A DNA stretch of 64,000 nucleotides from an uncultured Candidatus Saccharibacteria bacterium (GCA_964633325.1 CAZWFS010000001.1:3063-67062); one strand, 5' to 3'; shown: positions 48,622-58,979, counted from the stretch's first letter. Made by a program: numbers and translations. Notes: generated by a model from the sequence alone, not told the origin.

Positions 48622-50505
48622 ATGGATACACAAACTATTCGTAGTAAATATCTAGAGTTCATGAAAGAACGAGGGCATGTAATTGTGCCTCGCGCCCAAT
48701 TGGTGCCACAAGATGACGCCTCTACATTGTTCACCGGCAGCGGCATGCAGCCAATGGTGCCGTATCTGCTGGGTGCAGAGCACCCGGAAGGCACGAGGAT
48801 AGCGGATAGTCAGACGGTCTTTCGTGTTGTTGACATTGACGAAGTGGGAGATTCTAGTCATTGCACATTCTATGAAATGATTGGCAACTGGAGCTTGGGT
48901 GATTATTTCAAACGCGAACAGCTAACTTGGATTTTTGAATTCTGTGTAGATGTTATTGGGCTTAACCCCGAGCGAATGTACCCTACTTGTTATATAGGTA
49001 GTGATGAGTTTGGAATCCCGAAAGACCAGGAAGCGGCTCAAATTTGGCAAGAATTATTTAAGACAAAAGACATTAAAGCACAAGCGGTAGATATTGGCTC
49101 TAAAACTGATGGGTATCAAAAAGGAATGAGTGGTGGCAGAATTTTCTATTATGAGGGTAACGAAAATTGGTGGAGCCGTGGAGGTCCCGAAGCGGGTACG
49201 CCAGTCGGCGACCCCTGTGGCCCAGACAGCGAAATCATGTATGAGTTTCCTGATGTTGAGCACGATTTAAAATTTGGGCCAAATTGCCACCCAGCCTGTG
49301 ATTGTGGCCGTTTTATAGAAATCGGTAACAATGTATTTATGGGATACAAGCATACTTCTAGTGGTTTTGAAAAGCTGCCGAAACCAAACATTGATTTTGG
49401 TGGAGGGCTGGAACGGATTGCCGCAGCCGCAGAAGGAAGTGGCGATATGTATAAAATTAGTGTCCTGTGGCCAATTATTGAGAAAATTCAAGAACTTAGC
49501 GGCAAGTCATACGAAGATTACACGAAAGCAATGCGTGTGATTGCCGACCATTCAAGAGCTGCTGTATGGCTGGCAGTTGATGGAGTAGTGCCAAGCAATA
49601 CACAGCAGGGCTATGTTATGCGCCGTCTCATGCGCCGTGCCATTCGTTATGGATTAGAATTAGGCGTTGCTAATGATTTGTGCTCTCAGTTAATTCCAAC
49701 AATAGTTCAAATATATGAGCTGGATTTTCCTGAAGTTAGCGACAGAAATGACATGGTAGTTGACTTGCTGGACAAGGAGGAAAAATTATTTCGCCAGACA
49801 TTACGTAATGGAGTGAAAGAATTTAGCAAAATGACACGAAGCGGTAGCTTGAATGGTAAACACGTTTTTACTCTTCATGATACTTATGGCTTTCCTGCAG
49901 AACTTAGTATTGAGGAGGCCGCGCTCAATAATGTTCTGGTAGACGAGAACTGGCGTACAGAATTTGACCAATTGATGAGCAAACAAAAGGAACGCTCCCG
50001 AACGGCAACAGAAGGTCAATTTAAGGGCGGCCTGGGCGGGCATTCAGCAATGCACAAGAAATACCACACCGCAACACACTTGATGTATAAAGCGTTGCGC
50101 ATGGTTTTAGGTAAACATGTTATTCAACGAGGTAGCAACATTACAGAAGAACGTTTACGTTTTGATTTTTCTCATCCTGAAAAAATGACACCAGAACAAA
50201 TCGCTGAAGTAGAAAGTATTGTAAACGAACAGATTGAAAAAGATTTGCCGATGACATGGCAAGAACGACCCACCAAAGAGGCCTTAGAAGCTGGCGTTTT
50301 AGGTGCATTTGGTCACAAATACGGTGATACGGTGAAAGTTTATACAGCTGGCGACCCTAACGGCGAATGGTTTAGTATGGAAATTTGCGGTGGTCCACAC
50401 GTTGACCATACTAGTGAATTGGCTGAAGGTGGTAAAAAATTCAAGATCAGCAAAGAAGAAGCAAGTTCAGCTGGTATCCGCAGGATTAAAGCCATCTTGG
50501 AATGA
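48622..50505 (+). CDS. alaS: alanyl-tRNA synthetase (catalytic, tRNA-recognition and editing domains; no C-Ala domain)
   Basis: N-terminus RSKYLEFMKERGHVIVPRAQLVP...TLFTGSGMQP, with editing-site HxxxH (HTATH) and CGGPH motifs. At 627 aa it ends right after the editing domain. Confidence 0.85.
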   Translation: MDTQTIRSKYLEFMKERGHVIVPRAQLVPQDDASTLFTGSGMQPMVPYLLGAEHPEGTRIADSQTVFRVVDIDEVGDSSHCTFYEMIGNWSLGDYFKREQLTWIFEFCVDVIGLNPERMYPTCYIGSDEFGIPKDQEAAQIWQELFKTKDIKAQAVDIGSKTDGYQKGMSGGRIFYYEGNENWWSRGGPEAGTPVGDPCGPDSEIMYEFPDVEHDLKFGPNCHPACDCGRFIEIGNNVFMGYKHTSSGFEKLPKPNIDFGGGLERIAAAAEGSGDMYKISVLWPIIEKIQELSGKSYEDYTKAMRVIADHSRAAVWLAVDGVVPSNTQQGYVMRRLMRRAIRYGLELGVANDLCSQLIPTIVQIYELDFPEVSDRNDMVVDLLDKEEKLFRQTLRNGVKEFSKMTRSGSLNGKHVFTLHDTYGFPAELSIEEAALNNVLVDENWRTEFDQLMSKQKERSRTATEGQFKGGLGGHSAMHKKYHTATHLMYKALRMVLGKHVIQRGSNITEERLRFDFSHPEKMTPEQIAEVESIVNEQIEKDLPMTWQERPTKEALEAGVLGAFGHKYGDTVKVYTAGDPNGEWFSMEICGGPHVDHTSELAEGGKKFKISKEEASSAGIRRIKAILE

Positions 50506-50561
50506 TCGATTGACGGAAATTAAGACTAAACTCCTAGACTTCCCACCCCTTCGCGGTACCT

Positions 50562-51935
50562 TTGTCCTTGATGAATCAACAAGGAACACAACTAACCAAT
50601 ACCTCAGCTCTCCAGTTGCCACATGAAAAAAACGGGAGGCCTGTCGATAGTATAGCCGTCAAAGCAAAACGAGTTGAATACTGCCTCTATGCCCGAAAAT
50701 CCAGCGAAGATGATGAACGCCAAGCCCTTTCCATTGATTCACAGATCAAAGAAATGGCAGTTCAGGTCGAAAGCCAGGGACTACGGGTTACAGAGATCCG
50801 GAAAGAGAGTCACTCTGCCAAACAATCTGGACAAAGACCAGTGTTTCAACAATTGATTGAGGATGTTCGCAAAGGACTATTCACTGGCATATTGAGCTGG
50901 GCACCAGATCGCCTAAGCAGAAATGCCGGTGACTTGGGCTCAGTCGTAGACCTTATGGATCAAGGTAAGTTAGTTGAGATCAGAACTCACGGCCAGGTAT
51001 TCACCAACTCACCCAACGACAAGTTTCTGCTAATGATTCTATGTTCCCAGGCCAAACTTGAGAACGACAACAGAGGCATCAACGTTAAAAGAGGCATGAA
51101 AACCAAGTGTGAACTGGGCTTTCGGCCTAATATGACACCACTCGGTTACCTTAACGACCATTACTCCGGCAAAGGTCAAAAGAAGGTGTTCGTAGATAAG
51201 AAGCGAGCACCAATTATCAAAGAGGCCTTTGAAAAGGTGGCTACCGGTGCTAGCGGACGCGATATTTATAACTGGATGAAAGAAATCAACTATAGGACTA
51301 AGAGCGGCAAGTTAATGACACTGAGTGGTGTTTACCGTATGCTCAATAACCCATATTACTGCGGTATCTTCGAATTCCCGACCGGCAGTGGCAAATGGTA
51401 CAAAGGATCGTATACGTCGATTATCTCTAGAGAATTATTTGATGCGGTTCAAAAGAAGATGGAAGTGAACCCAAAAAGTAAGCCAGGAACCAAGCAATTT
51501 GACTATACCAAATTGCTTAAATGTGGTGGCTGTGGCTCCGGCGTCACGGCGCAGGAGAAATTCAAAAAACGCAAAGACGGTACTGCTAAACGTTACGTTT
51601 ATTACCACTGTACTCAATCGCGAGACTTTGACTGCCCGCAAGGCTATATCCGGGAAGAAAAACTGGCCGAGGCCTTCGTCAACATGCTGGAGAAAGTAAC
51701 AGTTGAAGAAATTGAAAGCAAGGAAGCCCTGAGGGCTGAACTTGATAGATTCAGGCGTTTATCGTCTGCAGTACTGGGATACAGTAACAATCCAGAGCAA
51801 CCGGAGATTAATCTGCATAACTTTGCTAAATACGTGCTTACAGAAGGAACAAGAGCCGAAAAACGTGAATTGATCTCATGTCTTGATCAAACGATTTATC
51901 TTAAAGATAGACAAGTGCACACAACTCTGAGCTAG
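50562..51935 (+). CDS. large serine recombinase; true start uncertain
   Basis: Catalytic motif YARKSSEDDERQ, recombinase domain (NNPYYCGIFEF), zinc ribbon (CGGCGS...YYHC) and a C-terminal coiled coil. The track ORF starts at a TTG and places the catalytic Ser unusually far from the N-terminus (about aa 49). Confidence 0.75.
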   Translation: MSLMNQQGTQLTNTSALQLPHEKNGRPVDSIAVKAKRVEYCLYARKSSEDDERQALSIDSQIKEMAVQVESQGLRVTEIRKESHSAKQSGQRPVFQQLIEDVRKGLFTGILSWAPDRLSRNAGDLGSVVDLMDQGKLVEIRTHGQVFTNSPNDKFLLMILCSQAKLENDNRGINVKRGMKTKCELGFRPNMTPLGYLNDHYSGKGQKKVFVDKKRAPIIKEAFEKVATGASGRDIYNWMKEINYRTKSGKLMTLSGVYRMLNNPYYCGIFEFPTGSGKWYKGSYTSIISRELFDAVQKKMEVNPKSKPGTKQFDYTKLLKCGGCGSGVTAQEKFKKRKDGTAKRYVYYHCTQSRDFDCPQGYIREEKLAEAFVNMLEKVTVEEIESKEALRAELDRFRRLSSAVLGYSNNPEQPEINLHNFAKYVLTEGTRAEKRELISCLDQTIYLKDRQVHTTLS

Positions 51936-52013
51936 GAAACCGTAAGCTTGCAGAATAACTTGCTTATTGGATAGCTATATTTTTATCTGTTGTTCCCCTA
52001 TACTGAAGGAGCT

Positions 52014-55000
52014 ATGGGAAGTGTTACTGCACACCAGGATCAGAATCGTTTACTAGAAGTGGAGCCTACTAAGCTCCACAGTACAAAAGTTACTCTGCCT
52101 CTACGTCTAATCGACAGCGTAAAAGTTGGCAAGAATCGAGCCAATCAAATTTACCAAGACGAAGAATTAGTTGACGTTGATGTTTATGATGAGGGGGATA
52201 AGCTCTTAAAGTTAAAATCAGAAAAAGAAGAGTTTATTCTTAAGCTACCGGGAGCCAGAGCAACCATCACTAATAAAAATGTGTTAAGAATTGCAAACTA
52301 CACAGATGCAAAATCTATAAATCAAGATAGCAAATTAACTTGGGAGGACTTTCAGGGCTCCGAGGCACCAAACAGTACTAATGGAGTGAAAGAATCTTGG
52401 CTTCATTCCTTTAATTTTAAGGAAGAATATCCAGCAAAGAATATACCTGGTCTTAGAAAACCCCAAGCGGGCGCAATACACTCTGTAGCCGCTCATTGGT
52501 CTGTGAAAAACGACTGCGCCACAATTGTAATGCCTACTGGTATAGGGAAAACTGAAACGATGCTTTCGGTTATGGTTCATCAACAATGTGAAAAGATTCT
52601 TGTTCTTGTACCCACCAGTGCGCTTAGGAAACAAATATATAACAAATTCTTAACGCTAGGTAAGTTGAAGAAACTTGGGGTTGTTGAGCAGAAAGCACTG
52701 AGCCCCCGTGTATTAATGATTGAGCACACCATTGAAAATGTGGCTGAAGCAAAAGAAGTATTAAAAAACGCCAACGTTATTGTAGCTACTGTAAGTGTCC
52801 TAAATCGCTCAAGTGATACCGTCAAACAAGTAATATCTGAGGGATGCTCTCATTTGTTTATAGATGAAGCGCACCATGTACCTGCCAATAGTTGGAGTGC
52901 CATAAAAGACCTTTTTGAGAACAAATATATCTTGCAATTTACTGCTACACCGTTTAGGCGAGACTCAAAAGTAATTGAGGGGGATATCATATACAACTAC
53001 CCCCTAGGAATGGCGCAGAATGACGGCTACTTTAAGAAGATTAACTTATTGAAGCTTCAGGAGTTTGATGACGCGAAGTCAGACGAAGAAATAGCCAAAG
53101 CGGCAATAGGAGCACTTGAGAATGATCTAAACGGCCCAATAAAACTTGATCATATGATTATGGCTAGGTGTAAGGATAAGGATCGAGCTCGTGATATAAT
53201 CCGACATTACAAAAAACACGGTACAACATACAACCCGGTTCTTATTGATTCTGAATTGACCAGTAAACAATATAGAGAAATCGAGGAGAAGCTAAAGAAC
53301 GGCGAAACTAGGATTATTGTCTGTGTAAATATGCTTGGTGAAGGTTTTGATCTGCCTAATCTCAAAATAGCTGCCCTACATGATGTCCATAAGAGCCTTG
53401 CGATCACCCTCCAATTCATAGGTCGTTTTACAAGAGAAGCTAAGGATGTTGGTGACGCTACCGTTGTAGTGAATGTGAATGATCCCCAAGTTAATAAGGA
53501 CTTGGAGGGTCTATATTCTGAAAACCCAGATTGGAATGAAATCTTAAAGCAAAAAAGTGAATCTACCATAGAGCACGAAATAGAATCCCATGAGTTTATA
53601 AAAGAATTTTCAGGGGAGCTTTCAAAGCACATTTCTCTTTGGAATTTACGCCCATCATTCTCAACGCTAATTTATGAAACTAAGTGTCAAGACTGGAACC
53701 CCAAAAAGTTCGAGGAGGTAATGCCCAAGCGATACAAATACTGGCATGCAATAAACCAAAAAGAGAAAATACTGGTTGTAGTTATTAGCAAAGAAGATGA
53801 GGTAAATTGGGGCCGCTATAAGGACATTCATAATCACAGCTTTGAACTTTGTGTGGTGCATTGGAGCGAAGAGCATAAAGCGTTGTTTATACAATCTAGT
53901 GACTACGATGCAATTAACCCGGCAGGTTTATCAAGAGCTATTTGTGGAGAAGATACCAAAATCAAAAATGGGTCTAATGTATTCAACATATATTCAGGCG
54001 TGGAGCGCATTCTTGCTCGTAATCTCGGCATCTCGACTGTTGGGAATAATATATCCTACACAATGCACTTTGGTAGTGACATTACTCAAGGCCTCTCAAA
54101 ATTAGATAAGTCTTTAGGGGTTCTGAACAACATTTCGGCTTGGGGTTTTGAGGGCGGTGATCGTTTTATGGCAGGCTGCTCGGAAAGAAGTGGCAAAATT
54201 TGGTCTATCGGTGGTGGTCCTATGATGCTTTGGAAAAGTTGGTGTCATAAGGTGGCCGACAAAGTTTTTGATGAAACTATTGAGGCGAATAAGGTAATCG
54301 AAGAATTTCTTCGCCCCGTCCAGCTCGAAAAGAGGCACAAATCCGTACCTCTGTTGATCGAATGGAGTGAAAGGATTCTTAAGGCAAAAGAGGACAATAT
54401 AACTGTCTTGTTCGGTAAAGAAGAGTTTAAAATTTATGACGTAGAAATAGAGATTACTAATTTTTCTGATTCAGGTCCTGTTCACTTCCGAGTATTTAAT
54501 GATACCCATGAAACAAAATACAAAATAGATTACTCAAAAACGGACTGCAAATACTCCATTGTCAGTGGCAACGATATGAGTATTAAAAAGTACAGTGCAC
54601 AGCCTGTTCCGTTTATGGACTACGTTTTGAGAGACCCGGTTGTCGTTATATACGTGGACGGGTCTTTCTCATACAACAATTATCACGTACCTACACCGCC
54701 ACTAAACCAATTTTATGACAAAGAGCGTTTGCAGGTTGTTGATTGGCAAAAGACAAATATACGGGTGGAGTCAATGAAAAAAGAAAGAAAAACCGATAGT
54801 ATTCAACACAAAGTGTGGCAAATGCTTAATGATGAATATGAAGTCGTCTTTAACGATGACGATTCAGGAGAAGCTGCCGATCTAATCGCCATAAGGCAGG
54901 AGTCTACTGACACAATAAAGTTGCACCTAGTTCACTGTAAATTTTCATCAAAGCCAAACACTGGGTCTAGAATAGGAGATTTTTATGCTCTCTGTGGACA

Positions 55001-55304
55001 GGCGCAAAAATCAATCAAGTGGAAGCATAATGGGCTCGATTATCTTTGTGAACACATGAAGCATCGTAATGAGGCATGGGAAAAGACAAAGAACAGCAGA
55101 TTTTTAAAGGGCAGCGTGGTTGATTTAAATAAGTTAAAAAAATTCTCAAGATTTGCGACAAACTTTGTATTCGAAGTTACAGTCGTACAGCCCGGGTTAT
55201 CAAAGGCAAAAATATCTGATGACGTCATTCAGCTTTTAGGTAGCACGGAGGACTATTTACTAAAGACTTCCAATGCCAGCTTTAATGTGTTTTGTTCAAA
55301 GTAG
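52014..55304 (+). CDS. large SF2 (DEAH/ResIII-type) helicase with an about 600-aa uncharacterised C-terminal region (possible nuclease); candidate defence protein
   Basis: Helicase motif I MPTGIGKT, Ia LVLVPTSAL, II FIDEAHH, III TATPFR and VI QFIGRFTR. The C-terminal half has no recognised domain except a possible D...(E/H)xK-like segment (EAADLIAIRQES...LHLVHCKF). The start was moved to the ATG at 52014, which has a GAAGGAG RBS. Confidence 0.7.
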   Translation: MGSVTAHQDQNRLLEVEPTKLHSTKVTLPLRLIDSVKVGKNRANQIYQDEELVDVDVYDEGDKLLKLKSEKEEFILKLPGARATITNKNVLRIANYTDAKSINQDSKLTWEDFQGSEAPNSTNGVKESWLHSFNFKEEYPAKNIPGLRKPQAGAIHSVAAHWSVKNDCATIVMPTGIGKTETMLSVMVHQQCEKILVLVPTSALRKQIYNKFLTLGKLKKLGVVEQKALSPRVLMIEHTIENVAEAKEVLKNANVIVATVSVLNRSSDTVKQVISEGCSHLFIDEAHHVPANSWSAIKDLFENKYILQFTATPFRRDSKVIEGDIIYNYPLGMAQNDGYFKKINLLKLQEFDDAKSDEEIAKAAIGALENDLNGPIKLDHMIMARCKDKDRARDIIRHYKKHGTTYNPVLIDSELTSKQYREIEEKLKNGETRIIVCVNMLGEGFDLPNLKIAALHDVHKSLAITLQFIGRFTREAKDVGDATVVVNVNDPQVNKDLEGLYSENPDWNEILKQKSESTIEHEIESHEFIKEFSGELSKHISLWNLRPSFSTLIYETKCQDWNPKKFEEVMPKRYKYWHAINQKEKILVVVISKEDEVNWGRYKDIHNHSFELCVVHWSEEHKALFIQSSDYDAINPAGLSRAICGEDTKIKNGSNVFNIYSGVERILARNLGISTVGNNISYTMHFGSDITQGLSKLDKSLGVLNNISAWGFEGGDRFMAGCSERSGKIWSIGGGPMMLWKSWCHKVADKVFDETIEANKVIEEFLRPVQLEKRHKSVPLLIEWSERILKAKEDNITVLFGKEEFKIYDVEIEITNFSDSGPVHFRVFNDTHETKYKIDYSKTDCKYSIVSGNDMSIKKYSAQPVPFMDYVLRDPVVVIYVDGSFSYNNYHVPTPPLNQFYDKERLQVVDWQKTNIRVESMKKERKTDSIQHKVWQMLNDEYEVVFNDDDSGEAADLIAIRQESTDTIKLHLVHCKFSSKPNTGSRIGDFYALCGQAQKSIKWKHNGLDYLCEHMKHRNEAWEKTKNSRFLKGSVVDLNKLKKFSRFATNFVFEVTVVQPGLSKAKISDDVIQLLGSTEDYLLKTSNASFNVFCSK

Positions 55305-55784
55305 TTTGGGGGATAAGTTCACAATTACTCCCGGGTGCACGCGTAGGTCCGGTGAGAATTCTTATGTTCTTGGAGTTTAAAGGACAATACGTTCAAGGGT
55401 GTACGTAGTTAGTGTAGATGCATTCTTTTCGTTGCGTTCTGGCATCCACGGCGCATCTCTTGAACCTTTTACCCAAAGTGCAAGAAATACTGGGTTTGTA
55501 GTTTTGTGTACATCCGGGGTGACGGAAAGAATCTATGCTTTTTACGCCAGACTTTTACCATAGCCACAATAATCGCAATGTAGACCAAACCATTCTAGAA
55601 CCAAAATTCATTTAAAAGTTCCAGAAAATCAGGGCTTTAAGGAGTAATTGGCGAGTTCCAGTCCCAGGTGGGGTCAAGCTAAATCAAGCACTTAAGACAA
55701 ATAGAAGACCCCTCGCGGGGTTTTCCTTCCTCTTTGATTGTTCTTGTCCTTTCACTGACCCCTGTAAAAGTTCCACTTTCTATC

Positions 55785-55876
55785 TGGCGGAAGGGGTGGG
55801 ATTCGAACCCACGGACCCGTTGCCGGGTCTCCGGTTTTCAAGACCGGTGCACTCGACCAGACTATGCGACCCTTCC
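55785..55876 (-). tRNA. tRNA-Ser (anticodon UGA) with a long variable arm and encoded CCA
   Basis: The reverse complement reads GGAAGGG...CCGGT-CTTGAAA-ACCGG...GTGGG-TTCGAAT-CCCAC-CCCTTCC-G-CCA. Confidence 0.75.
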
Positions 55877-55939
55877 ACGAAATTAAGTGATTATAACTTA
55901 ACAGGGGTGATTATAACAGTTAAGCTACCCGGCTCCAAG

Positions 55940-56614
55940 CTAAAGCCTTTGGGCAAATATAATGGCATCGACTTGGCGGGCGCCGGCTACTTTAAGGGCT
56001 TTGGCGGCTTGCTCCAACGTAGCGCCGGTAGTCAAAACATCGTCAACCAGTATTATATGCGCGTCCTTAATCAGAAAGTCCTTGCGCGGGGAGAAAGCGC
56101 CCTCTAACTGACGGAGGCGCTCTGCTCTACTTGCACCTACTTGCCTGGACTGGCCGTGGCGAGCTAATAAAGCAATATGCCTGCGGCCTAGTCGCCTTGA
56201 TAAAGCCCTGGCTATTAACTGGGATTGGTCGTAGCCACGGATGCGCACCCGCGAGGTAGCGGCCGGAACGTGAGAGATAATCACGCTTTTATCAAAATAG
56301 GGGATTGTCCCCTCAATAAGCGTGGCGATGGTTTTGGCGGCATCCTTGGCGCGTTCAAACTTTAGGGAATGGACTAACTGTTTACTAGGCCCCGTATATT
56401 CACCGGCAATCCAGACATGTCGGAGATAGCTAGAGCGGCGACACTTGCTGCATACCGCACTATCCTGGGTGGCTGCATGACAACGATAACATCTAGAGGG
56501 CATTGGTGTTTCGACTTCTGACAGGCACCACTCACATAGCAAGGCACCTTCCCGCTGGCACCCAAGACACTGGTGCGGAGCCAAAAAACCGATTACTTGT
56601 TCAAGAAACAGCAT
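55940..56614 (-). CDS. comFC: ComF-family protein (ComFC-like phosphoribosyltransferase with an N-terminal double zinc ribbon)
   Basis: CLGCQREG...CEWC and CYRCHAATQDSAVCSKC zinc ribbons, followed by the PRTase motif ILVDDVLTTGATL. Confidence 0.7.
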   Translation of the reverse strand: MLFLEQVIGFLAPHQCLGCQREGALLCEWCLSEVETPMPSRCYRCHAATQDSAVCSKCRRSSYLRHVWIAGEYTGPSKQLVHSLKFERAKDAAKTIATLIEGTIPYFDKSVIISHVPAATSRVRIRGYDQSQLIARALSRRLGRRHIALLARHGQSRQVGASRAERLRQLEGAFSPRKDFLIKDAHIILVDDVLTTGATLEQAAKALKVAGARQVDAIIFAQRL

Positions 56615-57014
56615 GCTTTATCCATTTTACATATACCCATCAAAAATTGCTTTTCGGTTTTTGGGGTCGATGATTTTTGAGTCGGAAGTTTCCGAAATTT
56701 TATCAGCGTACTCTGGAGTACGGTTATCAAATTTCGGAAAGTTCTGGCCGAAAAGAGCGGGCCTAGAAGCCGGAAAGTGGCTTCTGGTGGGTATACCCTT
56801 TAGTTACCTCAAACTAGTCAAACCCAGGCAGAAGAAACCGCATCTAACACTCAAAGGCTGAAGGCATTCATTGACCAAAGCTACTGTTGTTGTGCGAATT
56901 ACCGTTGTAAATATGTATGTTTAGTGGTTGCAAGGTGTTTACTAACTAAGCTATACTGCTAACAAGATAAAAACGCAAGCCAAATACTATATTACACCTG
57001 GAGGGTAAAAAATT

Positions 57015-57500
57015 ATGGCGCGACGTAACCGCGACGAAGACCTATTGATGGAAGACGAACTGACTGCCGCATTCTTGGGCGACGATGACATGCCAGCTGA
57101 TGACGCAGGCGCCCAGCCGGCTGCTCAACAAGCCCAGGCTCCGACTACTGACGAATGGGACGAGGAAGAAGCCGTTCCCGGACAGCTTGCCGTTGACGTT
57201 TACGAAACTAAGGAGCGCTTGGTGGTGAAAGCCCGAACCGCAGGAGTAAATAAATCCGACCTTGACGTTAGTATTTCTGATAATACCCTGAGCATCCGCG
57301 GGACGCTTTCGGCCGGTACCGAGGATGACGTAGAGAATTACTTTGTGCAAGAATGTTACTGGGGCGAATTCTCGCGCAGCATCGCCCTGCCGGTGCCTGT
57401 CAAAGAGGATGAGATCGAAGCCGTACTTAAGGACGGCGTGCTCACCATTAGCTTCACAAAGGTTAAACAAGATACCGTCAAAAAGATTCAAATCCTCTAA
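57015..57500 (+). CDS. small heat-shock protein (Hsp20/alpha-crystallin family)
   Basis: Alpha-crystallin domain (LAVDVYETKERLVVKARTAGVNKSDLDVSI...). The gene is preceded by TTGCAA - 18 nt - TATACT. Confidence 0.8.
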   Translation: MARRNRDEDLLMEDELTAAFLGDDDMPADDAGAQPAAQQAQAPTTDEWDEEEAVPGQLAVDVYETKERLVVKARTAGVNKSDLDVSISDNTLSIRGTLSAGTEDDVENYFVQECYWGEFSRSIALPVPVKEDEIEAVLKDGVLTISFTKVKQDTVKKIQIL

Positions 57501-57573
57501 GCTGTATGTAGTCAATAATTAAAGACCGTCCGTGTAATAACGGACGGTTTTTTGTTTTACAGCTCGAGGAATT

Positions 57574-57990
57574 TTAGCTGGTTGTTTGGGTGGCCTTGGC
57601 CAGTACGAAGCGAACGATGAACTGGGCTAGCGCTACCACTATTAAACCTACAATGGCATAGAGTATGGTGTTCTTTGCGCCGGTGACATTGCCGGAATCA
57701 CCACCGGAGGTAATGTATTTGAGCCCTCCTACGATTATCATTATGACAGCGACCACACCTACTATCAGCGAAAACACGTTTACGATTAGTTTAATGATGC
57801 TGTCCAGCCTTGATGTGGCTGTAGCATCATCGGGTTCACACTCTGCTCCGGGAGATAGGGTTAAGTCAGCCCCACACTGGACCTTCTTGCCCAGCTCTTG
57901 AGCATAAACAGTTGCCGGGAGTACCGCGGGAGCCGCGAAAAGCCCAAACGCCATAGCGCTTAATAAAAATCTTTTAATTGCTGTAATCAT
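57574..57990 (-). CDS. VirB2/TrbC-like pilin-family protein, paralog A
   Basis: Signal peptide, a Cys pair in the exposed region and a core of two hydrophobic helices joined by GGLKYITSGGDSGN. The C-terminus ALAQFIVRFVLAKAT is shared with paralog B. Confidence 0.55.
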   Translation of the reverse strand: MITAIKRFLLSAMAFGLFAAPAVLPATVYAQELGKKVQCGADLTLSPGAECEPDDATATSRLDSIIKLIVNVFSLIVGVVAVIMIIVGGLKYITSGGDSGNVTGAKNTILYAIVGLIVVALAQFIVRFVLAKATQTTS

Positions 57991-58137
57991 TTTTAGTTAT
58001 ACCTTTCTTTGATATAGCCTTACTTATATCATAAACTTTTTACTTTATTCAAGTGCTCGGGCATGTAGACGGATATAGATGTCCGAATAAGAAGGCTTAA
58101 TTATTAATTGCCGGGGCCTTTTACCGCCCCTATCTTA

Positions 58138-58536
58138 CTACGTGGCCTTAGCTAACACGAAACGAACTATAAACTGGGCTAATGCAACAACGACCAGGCC
58201 GATTACTGCATAAAGCAACGTTGACCGCGCAGCGTTTATATTACTACTTTCTCCGCCGGAAATGATGAACTTAAGACCTGACACGATAATCATGATGATT
58301 GCCGCTATGCCGACAACCAGCGAAAAGATGTCAATAGCCGCCTTGACCACCGTACTGACCCTTACCCTGGAAGTGTCGCTGCCGCAAGCCTCGCTGGAAC
58401 CTATATTCACTCCGGCGCATATATCGTCAACTGCAGCGGCTTGGACGGCTGCAGGAACTAGAAATGCACCTACCAACAGCATCAGCACCACTAATGACGC
58501 TAGCCTGCCCCTAAGTGCATAAATCGCTTCCTTCAT
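58138..58536 (-). CDS. VirB2/TrbC-like pilin-family protein, paralog B
   Basis: Same architecture as paralog A; IMIIVSGLKFIISGGESSN core. Confidence 0.55.
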   Translation of the reverse strand: MKEAIYALRGRLASLVVLMLLVGAFLVPAAVQAAAVDDICAGVNIGSSEACGSDTSRVRVSTVVKAAIDIFSLVVGIAAIIMIIVSGLKFIISGGESSNINAARSTLLYAVIGLVVVALAQFIVRFVLAKAT

Positions 58537-58550
58537 AAAATTAACTCCGT

Positions 58551-58979
58551 TTATAGTTTATTAAGTACGAATATTACGATGGATTGGGCCAACGCCGCCA
58601 CCACTAGGCCGATTACCGCGAACAGCACGCTGTCACGCGCGCTATTGACTTTGTTTATATCGCCGCTGGCAGTCACGAAACGGATAGCGCCGATTATAAT
58701 GACGAACAGCGCTACAACCCCGACTACCATAGATAAAATATTAGCTATTTTAGTCAGGATGCCATTAGGCCCATAAAGTTTATTACTGCCAGGTTCTTGT
58801 GGGGTATTATCCTTGCATATAGTGGCGCTCGGAGTAGACTGGCAGACCGGGTCTAAGACCTGGGCCCTAACGGCTTGGGTGCCTGATAGCGCAAAAGCCA
58901 ACGTCATTATAGCCATAAGCAACAAGCTCCGTAACCTTTTAGGTGCCCACACATTAAGCATTTGCAAAATATGGGTCAT
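58551..58979 (-). CDS. VirB2/TrbC-like pilin-family protein, paralog C
   Basis: Signal peptide, Cys pair and FVIIIGAIRFVTASGDINK core. Confidence 0.5.
   Translation of the reverse strand: MTHILQMLNVWAPKRLRSLLLMAIMTLAFALSGTQAVRAQVLDPVCQSTPSATICKDNTPQEPGSNKLYGPNGILTKIANILSMVVGVVALFVIIIGAIRFVTASGDINKVNSARDSVLFAVIGLVVAALAQSIVIFVLNKL

Larger units (their letters stand above)
50562..55784. mobile_element. recombinase plus SF2-helicase island between alaS and tRNA-Ser(UGA)
   Basis: A serine recombinase at the left end and a tRNA gene at the right end, with visibly AT-richer coding sequence between them. Confidence 0.4.

Noticed and set aside
50536-50551. CCCACCCCTTCGCGG, which resembles the 3' end of tRNA-Ser(UGA) (CCCACCCCTTCCGCCA), as the second att site of the helicase island.
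   Set aside because: Only 11 contiguous nt match, and it is in inverted rather than direct orientation relative to the tRNA. This is insufficient to call an att repeat without comparative data.
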